A stretch of DNA of 63,312 nt, the filler included, from Octopus bimaculoides (Eukaryota), in assembly GCF_001194135.2 (NCBI RefSeq). It is 4 parts of 4 records of this genome, joined end to end, with 100 filler letters (N's around TTAATTAATTAA, not from the genome) between each part and the next. Parts side by side here need not be neighbours in the genome. Positions count along the whole stretch, not along the records: positions 35,430 to 61,253 come from NC_068987.1; 3 more parts are not named here. One strand, 5' to 3'. The notes beneath the pieces are model-generated. The model made no database searches. It was not told where the DNA came from and saw only the letters and a program-made list of their open reading frames with translations. A program made the translations under genes and the position numbers. Below are positions 39,034-53,816 of the stretch, piece after piece. Position 1 is the first letter of the stretch, and each line of letters opens with the position of its first letter.

Positions 39034-39901
39034 CCAATGTTGACCATTGAGACACACTGATCGTATTTTAATGTATAACATTGCTATCCAACGTCAAAAG
39101 TGCATCATACAGGATTTTACTTTAAAATGCTTTCAACAATGATAACTTGACAACCAATACATAAGTCTGAAAATTACTCTTTAATTTACTTTGTTATTTT
39201 CCTACAGCCAAATGTTATCCATCACGACGGTGACCCAGTTTGTGATAACTAAAACGCACTAAAATATCCAAAAAAAAAAAAGAAGAAAAAAAAGCCTATC
39301 GTAATATCACCGCAAAATAAAAATCCTGTTCTATGTCATTATCATTTCGATACTGGATATTTTAGAGTTCTGTTTCCTTGCCAATACTAATTCTTAGAAG
39401 ACATTGTTATAATGTAACTCCTCGTAGGAGGGATATCATTGTTAACAGTCGAAGATAATGCGTAGGTGATGAGGCAGACGCAGACACAAATAAAAGTGCA
39501 AAAACAAAAAAACATACACAAATGCATGTCGATCTACATACAATATATTTTCAGCTGCCTTGGTGGTTCCAGATCAATTCTTCATTCACTGATGATTAGT
39601 TAAATCCTTTAGGCACGGTTATTTGTCGGAATAAACTACTTTCTTAAATCAGCATTCACAAGGCTCGTATTACTCTACTTGAAAGTGCAATGAACTAGAT
39701 CAATGTTATTTAAATACGTAGAATAATATGTTAACGTTTGATTTGAAAATGTACTTTAATTTGGGGGTGTTTTTCCTATAAATCTTAATAAGTCTACAGG
39801 TGTAAACGATCAACATAAACATCAACTGCATTCTTCTAATCAATGTGGGAGAACTATGCAGGTCAGGACTGCAATCTCTGCCTTCCGATCCAAACCATTA
39901 A

Positions 39902-40090
39902 CCGTTTAGCAACCAGATTACACCGTCAAATGCTACACTTATTTATTCACATGGTTTTGAATTAATCATGCATTATCTCTTCGATTCGAGATTTCAATGA
40001 TGTGATCGCTTATTTTCAGAATGACATTGTAGAGTAGCTGTGAGAGGTTTGAACATAAAACAGGAAGAATATGTGGGCCTGATATGGCCA
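39902..40090 (+). mobile_element. piggyBac-like (TTAA) MITE; partial opposite-orientation copy at 16486-16592
   Basis: Starts ttaa|cc(g)tttagc. The internal gtttgaacataaaaca.g.agaata...ggatatggc matches the reverse complement of 16486-16592, which begins ttaaaccttttggtatttaaacc. The right TIR is missing in this copy. Confidence 0.6.
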
Positions 40091-40276
40091 TGGACCGATG
40101 GCGATTATCCTCTTCCTCTAACGCAAATATCTTTACCCATATTTAAATCTGTATGGAACATGCTCGCTCATCCATTTCGACTCTCAATTTGATAATTCCT
40201 CTCTCTCTCTCTCTCTCCTTTTGTCTCTCTTTCTCTCACAAACATATTCTCTCACCCACCCTCTCTCTCTCTCTCG

Positions 40277-40314
<38 letters not shown>

Positions 40315-41328
40315 CTGTCTGTCTGTCTATTACATACTTTGCTTTTATTTACCAAATAACCTATTGAAAATAACTCTTGGTGCTTCAAATAATATACTTA
40401 TACAAGAAAATATACGACAAAATTGAAAGCGTCGATGACCTCTGAGGATAATTTTCGAGCCGAACAACATTATTGCATGCAAACAATTATAATGCTTGTT
40501 GGTTACTGCAGAATTAATGTGCGGTTGTTGTGTTTGTACATGTGTGTAGGGCAGGCGCGTGTCTGTTAGTTTTTCTTTTAATTGCTCACATCAAACGCAC
40601 ACTTTACACTTTACCGGAAAACGACCGAAAATAATTTTTCTTTCCTGCATAGAGATACTTTAGGCATTATAAAGTTAGTAAGTTGTTCAACTTGATATCA
40701 ACTCAACATGTTGCTAATATTTCATGCCAGGAAGATTTCTGATACTTGCAATGAATCTTCATCCTTTTGTACATCTCTTGTCTGAGCAACGATTTCAAAC
40801 CACAATGTCTGATTCTGGTCATTGTCAGAATATAACTATTGAAGCCATGTTTTATGGCTTCATACTATATCTTTGACTACAATATTGATTTCTTAAATAT
40901 GTATTAGATTTTCAAGTGAAGTCGTAATAAAACTTCGTCGTTGGTATATTTTCAGAATTTGTAAACATATGAAAGAACTCTCTCCAAACGGAGATGTGTA
41001 TGTATGTATGTATGTATGTATGTATGTATGTATGTATGTATGCATGTATGAATTTATGTATACATTGAATACTCTATCTGTGTAATTTATGAGTTGTACC
41101 AACTTAACATTATAGAAAAATGAAACTATTTCCTTGCTCTAAGATATCATATACTTTTACATAAGGAATAGTTATCCACTACTTATGTATTGAGATATTT
41201 ACTTTTGTTTTGCACAACACAGATACTCATAAATATGTGTGGACGTATGTATAAATATATATGTGCGTATGTGTGTGTGTATGTGTGTGTGTGTGTGTAT
41301 AATTGAAAAAAATTGGAGTCAACAAGGA

Positions 41329-41403
<75 letters not shown>

Positions 41404-41410
41404 TAGATAT

Positions 41411-41501
<91 letters not shown>

Positions 41502-42100
41502 GTTCATAAGCACACACGCAGACAGACACATATATATGCATATACATTTATAGATGTGTGTGTGTATCTATATGTGTATAGTAGCGTATGCATATATATG
41601 TATGCACGCGCAAATACTAAGATGTCAATGCGCTCCACTTATGATTTCATCGTATTTCTAGATTAACAGATCGTCTGGCTATGTAAACATAATCCAGTGA
41701 GTGATCCCAGGAAGTACATTAAAGTGGTCTCCCAGTAGCTTAACAGCAATATACAAATAATGCATTGTTACCACGTAACACATGTCTTAGATATTATCTC
41801 AGTACAAGAACATATAGTAGACACGTATATTCATCACGGAGGTCATTGAACTTCACACCAACTACAAATATGCAAAGCAGGTGAAAAAGAAGTTACTAGA
41901 ATAGGTTATTATTGGCTTAGTTTGATCCACAGAAAACCTCATGGTTTAACTGGAGAAAATGGAATATTCTAATGTTATACAAACTTTTCTATGGCTATCT
42001 TAATACTCAGGCATACTCAGTATGGCATAATGAGTGCGGTAAATGTGCATGGATGTGTGTGCGTATTTAAGTGTGTGTAAACGTATATAAGTGTGTATGG

Positions 42101-42157
<57 letters not shown>

Positions 42158-42432
42158 NNNNNNNNNNNNNNNNNNNNNNNNNNNNNNNNNNNNNNNNNNN
42201 NNNNNNNNNNNNNNNNNNNNNNNNNNNNNNNNNNNNNNNNNNNNNNNNNNNNNNNNNNNNNNNNNNNNNNNNNNNNNNNNNNNNNNNNNNNNNNNNNNNN
42301 NNNNNNNNNNNNNNNNNNNNNNNNNNNNNNNNNNNNNNNNNNNNNNNNNNNNNNNNNNNNNNNNNTACAGTACCCATGACGTTGAGGCTGTTCTTTAAAA
42401 CAATGAAAGGAAAGAAAATAAACGCCACTTAC

Positions 42433-42937
42433 CGTTTTGGACTGAGTTGTGTTGAATAGGAGTATGTTGAATCACGGGTGGGTGATGGTGAGCTGGGTGT
42501 TGATAGCCTGTCGTGAAACCCGGTCGGAAAATACCATTGCTATTGGGAAAAAACGGAGGATGGAACTCCGGCGGAGGTCGAAAGGTCGGAGGTTGATGTC
42601 GTATAAAGTCGTTTCCCGTGCTGGACACTACGGATCGGTCATGGCTGCCCGTTTGAGATTGTGATTGCGCTTGGTTGGCCGATGACAACTGATGAGCAGT
42701 GTTCTGGCTATTAGCGTTTTGACCCGAAGGAGTCGCACAACCCCCACTTCCGTTTCCGCCGGCACCAGTTCCACTGTTGTTGTTACTACTGCTGTTGTTG
42801 TTATTGTTGTTGCTACTGTTGCTGTTGTTACTGTTGCTGTTGTTACTGTTGTTATTTCCTCCGATATTACCACCTCCTGAACTTCCACCAACTCCACCCA
42901 GTACGCCACTATTATTTAACTGCTGAACTGCACTTGC
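42433..42937 (-). CDS. Large exon encoding an intrinsically disordered G/N/S-rich then P/H/F-rich region, typical of a transcription-factor or RNA-binding regulator N-terminus; gene unidentified
   Basis: Acceptor ttttgttatttcag|GCA, donor AAC G|gtaagt. 505 nt, phase 0 to phase 1, fully open and GC/CpG-richer than its flanks. Peptide ASAVQQLNNSG...HQPPTFRPPPEFHPPFFPNSNGIFRPGF...IQHNSVQN. Confidence 0.8.
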
Positions 42938-43221
42938 CTGAAATAACAAAAATACAAGATATACTTAAGTATAGAACAGAATTTCGAAAATCATATATAG
43001 ATAATCAATCTGCTGTGATCTTAGCTTCTAAATACCATAGGAATACTATACACACATAATGTACAAAAGCTGCTACCCAGCGGCTCGTTAGTGAACGTAG
43101 AATAATCAAAACAAGAAGAGCTCTAAAATTTCCATTCCAAAAGCGAATATCGAGAAAGAGGTTATATTTGAATATATGACTATCATTTGTTGTTACATAA
43201 CAAAAGGATCATTAGAACTAT

Positions 43222-43631
43222 ATTCTTTTATTCTTTTAATTGCTTCAGTCATTTGACTGCGGTCATACTGAAGCACCACCTGACGGGATTTTAGTTGGAC
43301 AAATTGACCCGAGGACTTTTTTTTTTGTAAGCCTAGTACTTATTCAGTCCCTTTTTCCCAACATCGGATATCAACAAACTAACAACGGATATAAAGCGAT
43401 GGTTGGGGTGGGGGGACAAACACAGACACAAACACACAAATATATATACAATATATATATATGTATATACGATTGGCTTCTTTCAGTTTCCGTCTACCAA
43501 AACCATTCACAAGGCTTTGGTCTGCCCGAGGCTATAGTAGAAAACACTTGCCCAAGGTGTCACACAGTGGGACTGAACACGGAATCATGCGGTTGGGAAG
43601 CAAGCTTCTTATCACATAGCCACGCCTGCGC
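43222..43631 (-). mobile_element. SINE family A, full length, in the intron of the unidentified gene
   Basis: Reverse-complement match to 25473-25927 with an internal (TA)n. Confidence 0.9.
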
Positions 43632-43662
43632 ATATAGAGTTTAGAAAAATATAAATACTTAC

Positions 43663-43716
43663 GCAAACGTGAGATAAATCTATTCCTGCAGGGGACACTA
43701 GTTTTACAGGCAACAT
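43663..43716 (-). CDS. Probable start-codon exon of the same gene (exon 43663-43771, coding MLPVKLVSPAGIDLSHVC)
   Basis: Acceptor ttttttgttcag| (exon starts 43771), donor TGC|gtaagt. An upstream in-frame TAG precedes the ATG at 43716; 18 codons end in phase 0, matching the 42937 exon across a 725-bp intron. Confidence 0.5.
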
Positions 43717-45794
43717 TTCGTTGACAAAGTAAACAGTAACATACCCAAATGGCTAACGTTCTACACCCAAGCTGAACAAAAAACCAGTACCACATTTTGG
43801 ATTACGATCCGTGGTCTCCAGTTTAAAATCAAATCTCATTTGCCATCTAATCCTAAATAGTTGATCCTTTGTGAAATCTGACTTTTATTGTCTCTTTAGA
43901 CGACTCCCGTCCAGACGACTATTTTGGTACTAAAGAAAGTTCTTTCTTTTTTTTTTCTTCTTCTTCACTGCCTTCCACTGGAGTTTATTTCTGTTATACA
44001 TGAATAATAGTATACACTCATACATTTTATGTTGACCAAATTTCGCTCGCAATACTTTAGTCAATTCAAGACCACGCTACAATATGCTTATAAGGATGAA
44101 AATCATTATAAATCGGAGATCACGTAGTTGTAAAGCAATAAGTCATTCAGTACGTACATGACTATTTTGAGAGAAAATTTTGGTGAAGAATCTTTGAAAT
44201 TATATAAGCTACATCCCCGTGTTACATCGTATTTCTATCAGAGACTTATACATTAGATTTATTATAGTCCTATAAGTATCGTTCCCAGATTATAATCCTA
44301 GGTCTTAAATATATTATCATGAACCAACGATGGAACCGCTACGTAGTCGTGTGACCTACAAGAAATAGCAGCTAAATCTTCCTCAAATAAGTCTTTTAAA
44401 ATGATCTATTGCATAATGTTGTCTTAGATAAAGTCTAGATGATGGCTTGAATAAGTGATGGAAGGTTATGCAAGAACAGGACAAATATGGGGTACACACC
44501 TTTAATAGTGTGTCAGTGTGTGTTAGAGAAAGACAGAGGAAGATAGAGAGAGAGAGAGAGAGAAGGAGAGAGAAAGAGGGAGAGAAAGAGAGAGAAATTC
44601 AGAGAGGTGGAGAGAAATATGCGCTTATATCAAATTGTTTCCAGTGCTAGATGTACTCATAATAAAGGCAGAGAATCAAAGTGAATAGATGTTTAGCGAG
44701 CGCAGTTCTACAATATTCTTGCCATAGACTCATTTTCAGCACGTTATTGCGCTTCATTTCCACCCCCACTCTTATCACATTCTCATTTTCACAGTTCTGT
44801 AAGCACACACTCGTTCCCAACATCCACAATGACGTAGAAATAACGTCCACATCAACAGGGCATACATGATATTACTGTTAAAGACAGAGAAAGTACTTCG
44901 AGTCTACACACAGCTATTGTCATGGAACAACTATGTTTATAGTTACATGCCAAAAGCACTTACTGTCAACATTTAATAACCGCACACAGAAAATGAACAA
45001 TAAAAGTACAATTAAATGTATGCTTATGAGGAGTGGGCATGCAAGTACGAATATATGCGGTATGCACGTGTATATTTATTTTTGCATACATCCCTCCGTA
45101 CATGCATGTATATATATATATATATATACACACGTATCCAGGTTGCTAGCAACATAACAGCATACACGTACACGCTTACACACACGCGTACACGCACACA
45201 CTCAAACTTGTGTGTTGACACCCGAATAAGAACATATATGAGGGGGAGAGTGAGAGAGAGANNNNNNNNNNNNNNNNNNNNNNNNNNNNNNNNNNNNNNN
45301 NNNNNNNNNNNNNNNNNNNNNNNNNNNNNNNNNNNNNNNNNNNNNNNNNNNNNNNNNNNNNNNNNNNNNNNNNNNNNNNNNNNNNNNNNNNNNNNNNNNN
45401 NNNNNNNNNNNNNNNNNNNNNNNNNNNNNNNNNNNNNNNNNNNNNNNNNNNNNNNNNNNNNNNNNNNNNNNNNNNNNNNNNNNNNNNNNNNNNNNNNNNN
45501 NNNNNNNNNNNNNNNNNNNNNNNNNNNNNNNNNNNNNNNNNNNNNNNNNNNNNNNNNNNNNNNNNNNNNNNNNNNNNNNNNNNNNNNNNNNNNNNNNNNN
45601 NNNNNNNNNNNNNNNNNNNNNNNNNNNNNNNNNATATATATGTATATATACATATATATATATATGTATGAGCAATATAATATAATATATATAATATCTA
45701 CATATGTATCATATAGATAGACAGACAAACACACAGATTGATGGATTGTCATATAATCACATTCATGGACATAGATATAGATGTAAAAAGATAT

Positions 45795-46107
45795 ACTTAT
45801 ACTTATACTTATGGTGGTTGTCTACTCCTTAAACAGAGTTTGACCACCTCCTGCACCTACACCTTAGCCCTTTCATGGCGTCTGATATGGCTTTTTAAAC
45901 CAGACAGTGTTTTGAAAAAACACCCACACAGATTGCACCTCTGATTTGCACTACCAATACCTGCAAGTAAGTTCTGCTCATTGTGGATCCTAACATGTCT
46001 TTTAAGACCCCCATTGGATTTGCAAACCCTCTGGCACACACCACATTCAAACGTGTGCACAGACATATAATCAGAATAGCTGGATGAGGTTTGCTATTCT
46101 GATTATA
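45795..46107 (-). mobile_element. 5'-truncated RTE-type LINE terminus with two intact C2H2 fingers, short 3'UTR and (ATAAGT)n tail
   Basis: ORF 45857-46066: CGVCQRVCKSNGGLKRHVRIH ... CNLCGCFFKTLSGLKSHIRRH. 3'UTR stem actc/gagt followed by a tandem hexamer tail. No TGEKP linkers. Similar decayed finger in the 13840 RTE relic. Confidence 0.65.
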
Positions 46108-46995
46108 CATATACATACATACATACACCCATACATACATACATACATACATACATACATACATACATACATACATACATACATACACGTATACATATAC
46201 ACATGCGTGCGTGCGTGAATGTGTTTATTGGTAAACAGAATTCGTATATTATATCTAAATATGTCAAGAAGTTGAAGGCAGTTAGCAATACCCATCGGTA
46301 AGTCCGAGCTAAGGAATTGCGTGATAATACAAGAAATATAGTCTAGTTTCCGACCGAATTCTATCACATCAAGCATGGATTTCTGTTTATAACAACTTCT
46401 CGAGAAATGCTAGAACTCCGTCCCAATTCATGGTGTTTTCAGAAGCATTAGATACTCTTGGTAAATAAGGCCTGTTGCGATTCCTGAAGAAATATTGTTT
46501 GTAAAATATCTATAACTATGGCAGCATTACAACATTGAAATGATTGCAAATGTGAAGTAATGCAAGATACACAGCAGATGCATTTGCTGTTTCAACAGTT
46601 TAAAACATAGATGTTTATTGGCACTTCTGCAGTTTTCCATCTTTCTCGCAGCAAAACTGGAGGAGGTCTTTTGTAGCCTTAAGAAGAGTAAACGTCACTC
46701 ATTTGAAAGAGAGGAGCTACTGTATGCGGTTGTGTCTCATACTACAAAGCACTAATGTCTCATAGAATAGAGCAAATATGTAATCCCCCATCGCATACCT
46801 CATCGGTAAGACGCATTTGAAGAAAGCCCTCTGTTAATCCTCAAAACGAAAAAGAAAAGAAAACAATATTGATAGTTGCTACTCTCATTGCTTTCGTGTG
46901 TTTTATAAAAGATATTGCCAAATATTGAAAATAACCAGTGCACGTGAATAGATAAATAATCGTGTACAGTCTGTGTAAGATTGATGATTGATTTG

Positions 46996-47026
<31 letters not shown>

Positions 47027-47036
47027 NNNNNNNNNN

Positions 47037-47090
<54 letters not shown>

Positions 47091-47307
47091 GAGACAGATA
47101 TTCTCTGTGTAGAATACACTTTGTAGTGCTCAAGAGATTTATACTTGAGCAGGTAGAGGAGTAAATGTAAGGACAAGCAAGGTAGGCAAGTCGATATACA
47201 AAAAATATTAAATACACTTAATACAAAAAATGTACATGTGTATACATATAAAAAAAAAGTCCGACTTACAAAAAATGGAAATGATATCACGAATTAAGGA
47301 AGTTGAG

Positions 47308-47373
<66 letters not shown>

Positions 47374-47524
47374 AATTTACGTGTTCTATGTATCCTGAAG
47401 TAAGATATAGCAGCAACTGAGACTACATATTGGATTGTAATAATGGAATACGCAGATGTACTTCAAGGGGAAACACCTGGGATTTACCCTACCTACCTAC
47501 ACTGTGTATACACACACATATGAA

Positions 47525-47571
<47 letters not shown>

Positions 47572-47971
47572 CAAGTATGTAAGTATTTACTCGAAGAGAT
47601 AAAGAACAAGTCACAATGCGGAAAAGCAGCGCAGAGAAATTTCGTAAGACATCAGATGGTTAAGAAATGACTAACTAGAGAAAGAACAGTAAAAAGGAAT
47701 GAGTATGAATAAAGATCAGGTTGACAGTAAAGACATTTACGAAATATATTCTTTACTGTTGCTAAAGAGGAGTTCCATTCCAGTATAACAGTATGTGTAT
47801 GTATGTAGCTGGGACGGAGAGCTTGTTTGCCTGTTAATATTTACTGTTGTGCAGTTCTGTCTGTAAGTGTGTAATCGAAGTGCGCATGTGTCAAACAAGC
47901 TGTGGTTCTACTTAGACGAGTTGTGTATGATATGGTATGTACGTATGTGCATGTCTATGTGTGTGTATGTG

Positions 47972-48005
<34 letters not shown>

Positions 48006-48155
48006 AGTGAGTGTACACATACATACACACATATGCATGTGTATATTGTGCTTTCATACATGCATATAAACATGCATTCAGGTACGTATGTGCGATTCCG
48101 AATGACTGCAATTACACACACACACATACATACATATATACATACGTACATATAC

Positions 48156-48226
<71 letters not shown>

Positions 48227-49671
48227 CACACACACATATATATATACATACACACACATATATATACATATATATATACATACGCATATATATAAATACA
48301 CATATATATATATATATATATATATGTGTCTGTGTATATATATACATATGTACATATACATACGTATATACATATGCGCATGCGTATATGCGTGAGAAAG
48401 TTATGGCATAACATGATTGGTTAACATTAGCTGATGGAGAGTAAAGACATGCAGCCGTTTCACGATGTGCATAGGCGTGTGTAAACATGTAGCTATGCAG
48501 ACACACCGATTCGTATTTGGATAATTATATGGGTATGCATGTGTGCATCTGTGCGTGTGTGCGTATGTGCATATGTATAAGTACATCTGTGTTCATGGAG
48601 AATTTTATATACGATTATGCATATGTGGAGGTGGGGAAGATGGGAGCGGTGAGTGGAAGGAATGAGTTTTCTTCCAACTCCCTTCTTTCTTCTATAGAGC
48701 AAAAGCAAAGAAAATGTTGAATAATAATAATAATAAAAAATAATAATAAAAAGCGTGGATAATCTAAAATTGCATAAACAACAATAATTAGTGACGACTC
48801 AGTAAGGATGATGATGATGAAATAAATATGCTAAATAAATAAATAAATAAATGAAACTGCAAATTTAAGAGATGGAGAGTAAGGAGAGAGAGAGAGGGGG
48901 AGGGAGGTGAGATTGAGATGAAACGTGTAAGGTGGTTGGTGGTTCGTTGCATGGTGGCTTTGTTAGGGAAGTGGGCACGGCTGGGAGAAATGGAGTAGTG
49001 AGTGTTTATGAAATAGAAAGTATGAAAGGTAACGTAGCAGAGTCAGAGACATAAGAAGAAACGAGGAGAAAGAAAGAGGNNNNNNNNNNNNNNNNNNNNN
49101 NNNNNNNNNNNNNNNNNNNNNNNNNNNNNNNNNNNNNNNNNNNNNNNNNNNNNNNNNNNNNNNNNNNNNNNNNNNNNNNNNNNNNNNNNNNNNNNNNNNN
49201 NNNNNNNNNNNNNNTAGAACCATGGATGGCGAGTGGTGAAGTGGTGGAGGATTTGATGGGAACTGAAAATTGTAGAAGACGTCTTAAGATATGTGCTGGA
49301 AGGTTTTATGTTGGCGGTTGGCAGGTCTACTTGTACAGCACAAGCAAATTATATTACAATAAGGAGGGTGCGTGTGAGTGAGATAGAGAGAGAGAGAAAG
49401 AGAAAGAAGGAAAGAAGGGGAGGAAAGCGGTGGTGGGAGGTTACTTGGTTGGTTGGTTGGTTAGTTGGCTGGTCGGGCGGTTGGTTAGTCGGTTGTTCGG
49501 CTGGTTTGTTAGTCGAAGATAGATGTAGGGTTGGTCTTAGGTAGAGAAAAACTGGTTTAGTGTTGGAGGACATGTAGAAGAAGAGAGAGAAATATTAAAA
49601 AAAAACAAACGTGTGTGTCTGTGTGGGTGGGTTAGGGCTGGGTAGCGACGGTTTGGTGCGAGAATGAATAG

Positions 49672-49727
<56 letters not shown>

Positions 49728-49736
49728 GGATAGATG

Positions 49737-49798
<62 letters not shown>

Positions 49799-50225
49799 AC
49801 AATTGAAAAAGGAAAAAGACAGTGAGTGAAAAAGAGGGAGAGAGACACAGACGATCACAGACGTCTGAAATCTATGCTGAGGTCCGGATGGTTACAATAC
49901 GAGACATCTATATATCTATCTAGCCATCCATCTACCTATTTATCTACCTATGCGTGCATGTGTTCATATATATATATATATATATACATACACACACATA
50001 TATATAGACAACCAGCACACAAACATAAAACTTTGTTCGTGTGTGTGTGGATGCGTGTGTGTGTGTGTGTGTGTCTTTATGTTTTGTGAATATTGCCTTC
50101 CTCTCTATGGCTTTCACAAAAGAGTGACGTAAGGAGAGAATGGGAATAGAAGGACCATTCATTTCACTTTTCTTATCCTTGATCTGTCCTTTCTACTTTC
50201 AGTTTAGAAATATGTACATACACAT

Positions 50226-50284
<59 letters not shown>

Positions 50285-50890
50285 CACATGCATGTATATA
50301 TCATATGTATATGTGAAGGTATAATTTTAAACAGTTGAGAAAGAGAAAAGGAAGCGAAAAGATTGCTGAGGTGGAGGTTCTTATTAAAGTAGGTAAAAAA
50401 AAAAAGAGTCAGAGAGAAATATATGATAACGCGAAAGAGAGAAGCACAGAAACAAAGAGGGAGAGGGAGAGAGGGAGANNNNNNNNNNNNNNNNNNNNNN
50501 NNNNNNNNNNNNNNNNNNNNNNNNNNNNNNNNNNNNNNNNNNNNNNNNNNNNNNNNNNNNNNNNNNNNNNNNNNNNNNNNNNNNNNNNNNNNNNNNNNNN
50601 NNNNNNNNNNNNNNNNNNNNNNNNNNNNNNNNNNNNNNNNNNNNNNNNNNNNNNNNNNNNNNNNNNNNNNNNNNNNNNNNNNNNNNNNNNNNNNNNNNNN
50701 NNNNNNNNNNNNNNNNNNNNNNNNNNNNNNNNNNNNNNNNNNNNNNNNNNNNNNNNNNNNNNNNNNNNNNNNNNNNNNNNNNNNNNNNNNNNNNNNNNNN
50801 NNNNNNNNNNNNNNNNNNNNNNNNNNNNNNNNNNNNNNNNNNNNNNNNNNNNNNNNNNNNNNNNNNNNNNNNNNNNNNNNNNNNNNNNNN

Positions 50891-50946
<56 letters not shown>

Positions 50947-51293
50947 GTGTGTGTGTTTGTATGTGCGTGTGTGAGTGTGTTTGTATTTATACCTTCAGTA
51001 ACTGTGAATACGTCCATGTGTATGCGTGCGCGTAGTGCATAAAAGAGATGGGATAATAAGAAAGAATGAAACGAGACAAAAGAATGATAGAGGAACATAT
51101 AAGCCATTTTGAGAAAAATCCAAGAAGCAGTGAGTTTAGAACAGGTAGGTAGGTGGGTAGATAGGTAGGTAGAGAGGCAGAAAGAGAGAGGGAGAGAGAG
51201 AGAGAGAGAAGGAAAGAGTGGGAGAGAGAGGGATAGGGAGAGGGAACAAGCACACAGAGATGGAGAAGATCACCTTCACTTGTAAGCGAGAAA

Positions 51294-51344
<51 letters not shown>

Positions 51345-51845
51345 ATTTTATAAATATATATGCATGTATATACATAGAGAGGGGGAGAGAGAGGGAGAGA
51401 GAGAAAGAAAGAGAGGGAGAAAGAATTAATAATTCTGTAAGAGCATGGTGTAAAAAGAAATAAGCAGAAACAAACAAACATATACAAACGAATAAAAAAA
51501 AATATATATTTTTTAAATTGAATAAAAGTATATAAAAATAAACTATATAAAAATAATGGATATAACTCAATGAAATAAATAAATAAATAAATGAAATAAA
51601 ATATAGAAATAAATTACAAATACAATAAAATAAATACAAAGAAAATATAATTTTAAAAATTTATAAATATATAAATAAATATAAAAATATAATGTAGACT
51701 AATTACTCCACCCTTGAATGCCTCTCTCATAATTATCGTGTACTACAGTTTCTTATGACTCTATCATCATTCACATGATTTTACTTTCAGTCTCTGTCTC
51801 TCTTTCTAGTCCTCTCTTTATTCACATATGAAAACGCTCACCCTC

Positions 51846-51917
<72 letters not shown>

Positions 51918-52592
51918 CCATTCTTCTCTCTCTGTTTACATCTCAATCTCTTTTTTCCANNNNNNNNNNNNNNNNNNNNNNNNNNNNNNNNNNNNNNNNN
52001 NNNNNNNNNNNNNNNNNNNNNNNNNNNNNNNNNNNNNNNNNNNNNNNNNNNNNNNNNNNNNNNNNNNNNNNNNNNNNNNNNNNNNNNNNNNNNNNNNNNN
52101 NNNNNNNNNNNNNNNNNNNNNNNNNNNNNNNNNNNNNNNNNNNNNNNNNNNNNNNNNNNNNNNNNNNNNNNNNNNNNNNNNNNNNNNNNNNNNNNNNNNN
52201 NNNNNNNNNNNNNNNNNNNNNNNNNNNNNNNNNNNNNNNNNNNNNNNNNNNNNNNNNNNNNNNNNNNNNNNNNNNNNNNNNNNNNNNNNNNNNNNNNNNN
52301 NNNNNNNNNNNNNNNNNNNNNNNNNNNNNNNNNNNNNNNNNNNNNNNNNNNNNNNNNNNNNNNNNNNNNNNNNNNNNNNNNNNNNNNNNNNNNNNNNNNN
52401 NNNNNNNNNNACGAAAGAGAATTGAAAGTGAAAGTGTGAGAGCGAGCGAGAGAGGGGGGGGGCGTGTATGAATAGAGAGGTAGAGAAGCGAGAGAAAGGG
52501 GGAAGTAGAGGGTGAGAGAGAGAGAGAGAGAGGAGCTAATAATATAGATGGATGTGAGAAGGAGTGTGAAAGAGAATTATAAGGTAATAATG

Positions 52593-52646
<54 letters not shown>

Positions 52647-52924
52647 GTAATAGAGGAAAGAGTCTAGAAGAAAGAAAGGCAAATAATGAATGGAAAACGT
52701 GAGGATGCCAGGTATGCAGACAGATAATAAGAAAGAGGGACAGAATGAAAAAAGGGAAAGAAAGAAGCAAAGGGAAGAAGGAAGGAAATTTACAAAGAAG
52801 GAAGTGGTGAAGATGTAAACAAGAAACTAAATCTGGAAAGACAGAAAAAAAAAAAACAAAAAAAAAAAAATGAAACGAAATTATAGAAAAGGCGCATCAA
52901 AATAGCCAACACGATGGAAAACGA

Positions 52925-53440
<516 letters not shown>

Positions 53441-53779
53441 TTAATTTCCGAAGAATTAAAATGGCGTCCTTTGTAGAGTGTAGCGGAAAGGAAACGAGAC
53501 GAAATGCAGTGATGTTATTGGCGAGCTGGTCACAGAGGAATGAAGGGAATTTCTGCTGCTTCCTTTTTCTTATTTTATTTTATTTTTTTCTATTCTTGTT
53601 CGAAGATAAGCAACAATAACAAGAAGAAGATGGAACTAGAGAGCCGTGTCGACAATAATACACTGTCGGTTTGTAATACCCACAGAGGAGAGGAAATATT
53701 AGAGATTAGGTGAACCACAAGGTGCATTTCTCACTGACAAAAGTATAAAGACTTGAGACAAACTGGTTGATAGTTTAAA

Positions 53780-53813
<34 letters not shown>

Positions 53814-53816
<3 letters not shown>

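Noticed and set aside
38691-39047. Minus-strand ORF containing GFRLQT, superficially like the PDZ FGFxLQT strand
   Set aside because: No suitable acceptor or donor at the expected positions, and both ends run into simple repeats.
42560-42600. Calling the 505-nt exon TFAP2
   Set aside because: Only a loose PY-like motif match; no AP-2 DNA-binding exons are found in the window.
42449-42909. Three additional ORFs overlapping the 505-nt exon
   Set aside because: Shadow frames of the real exon.
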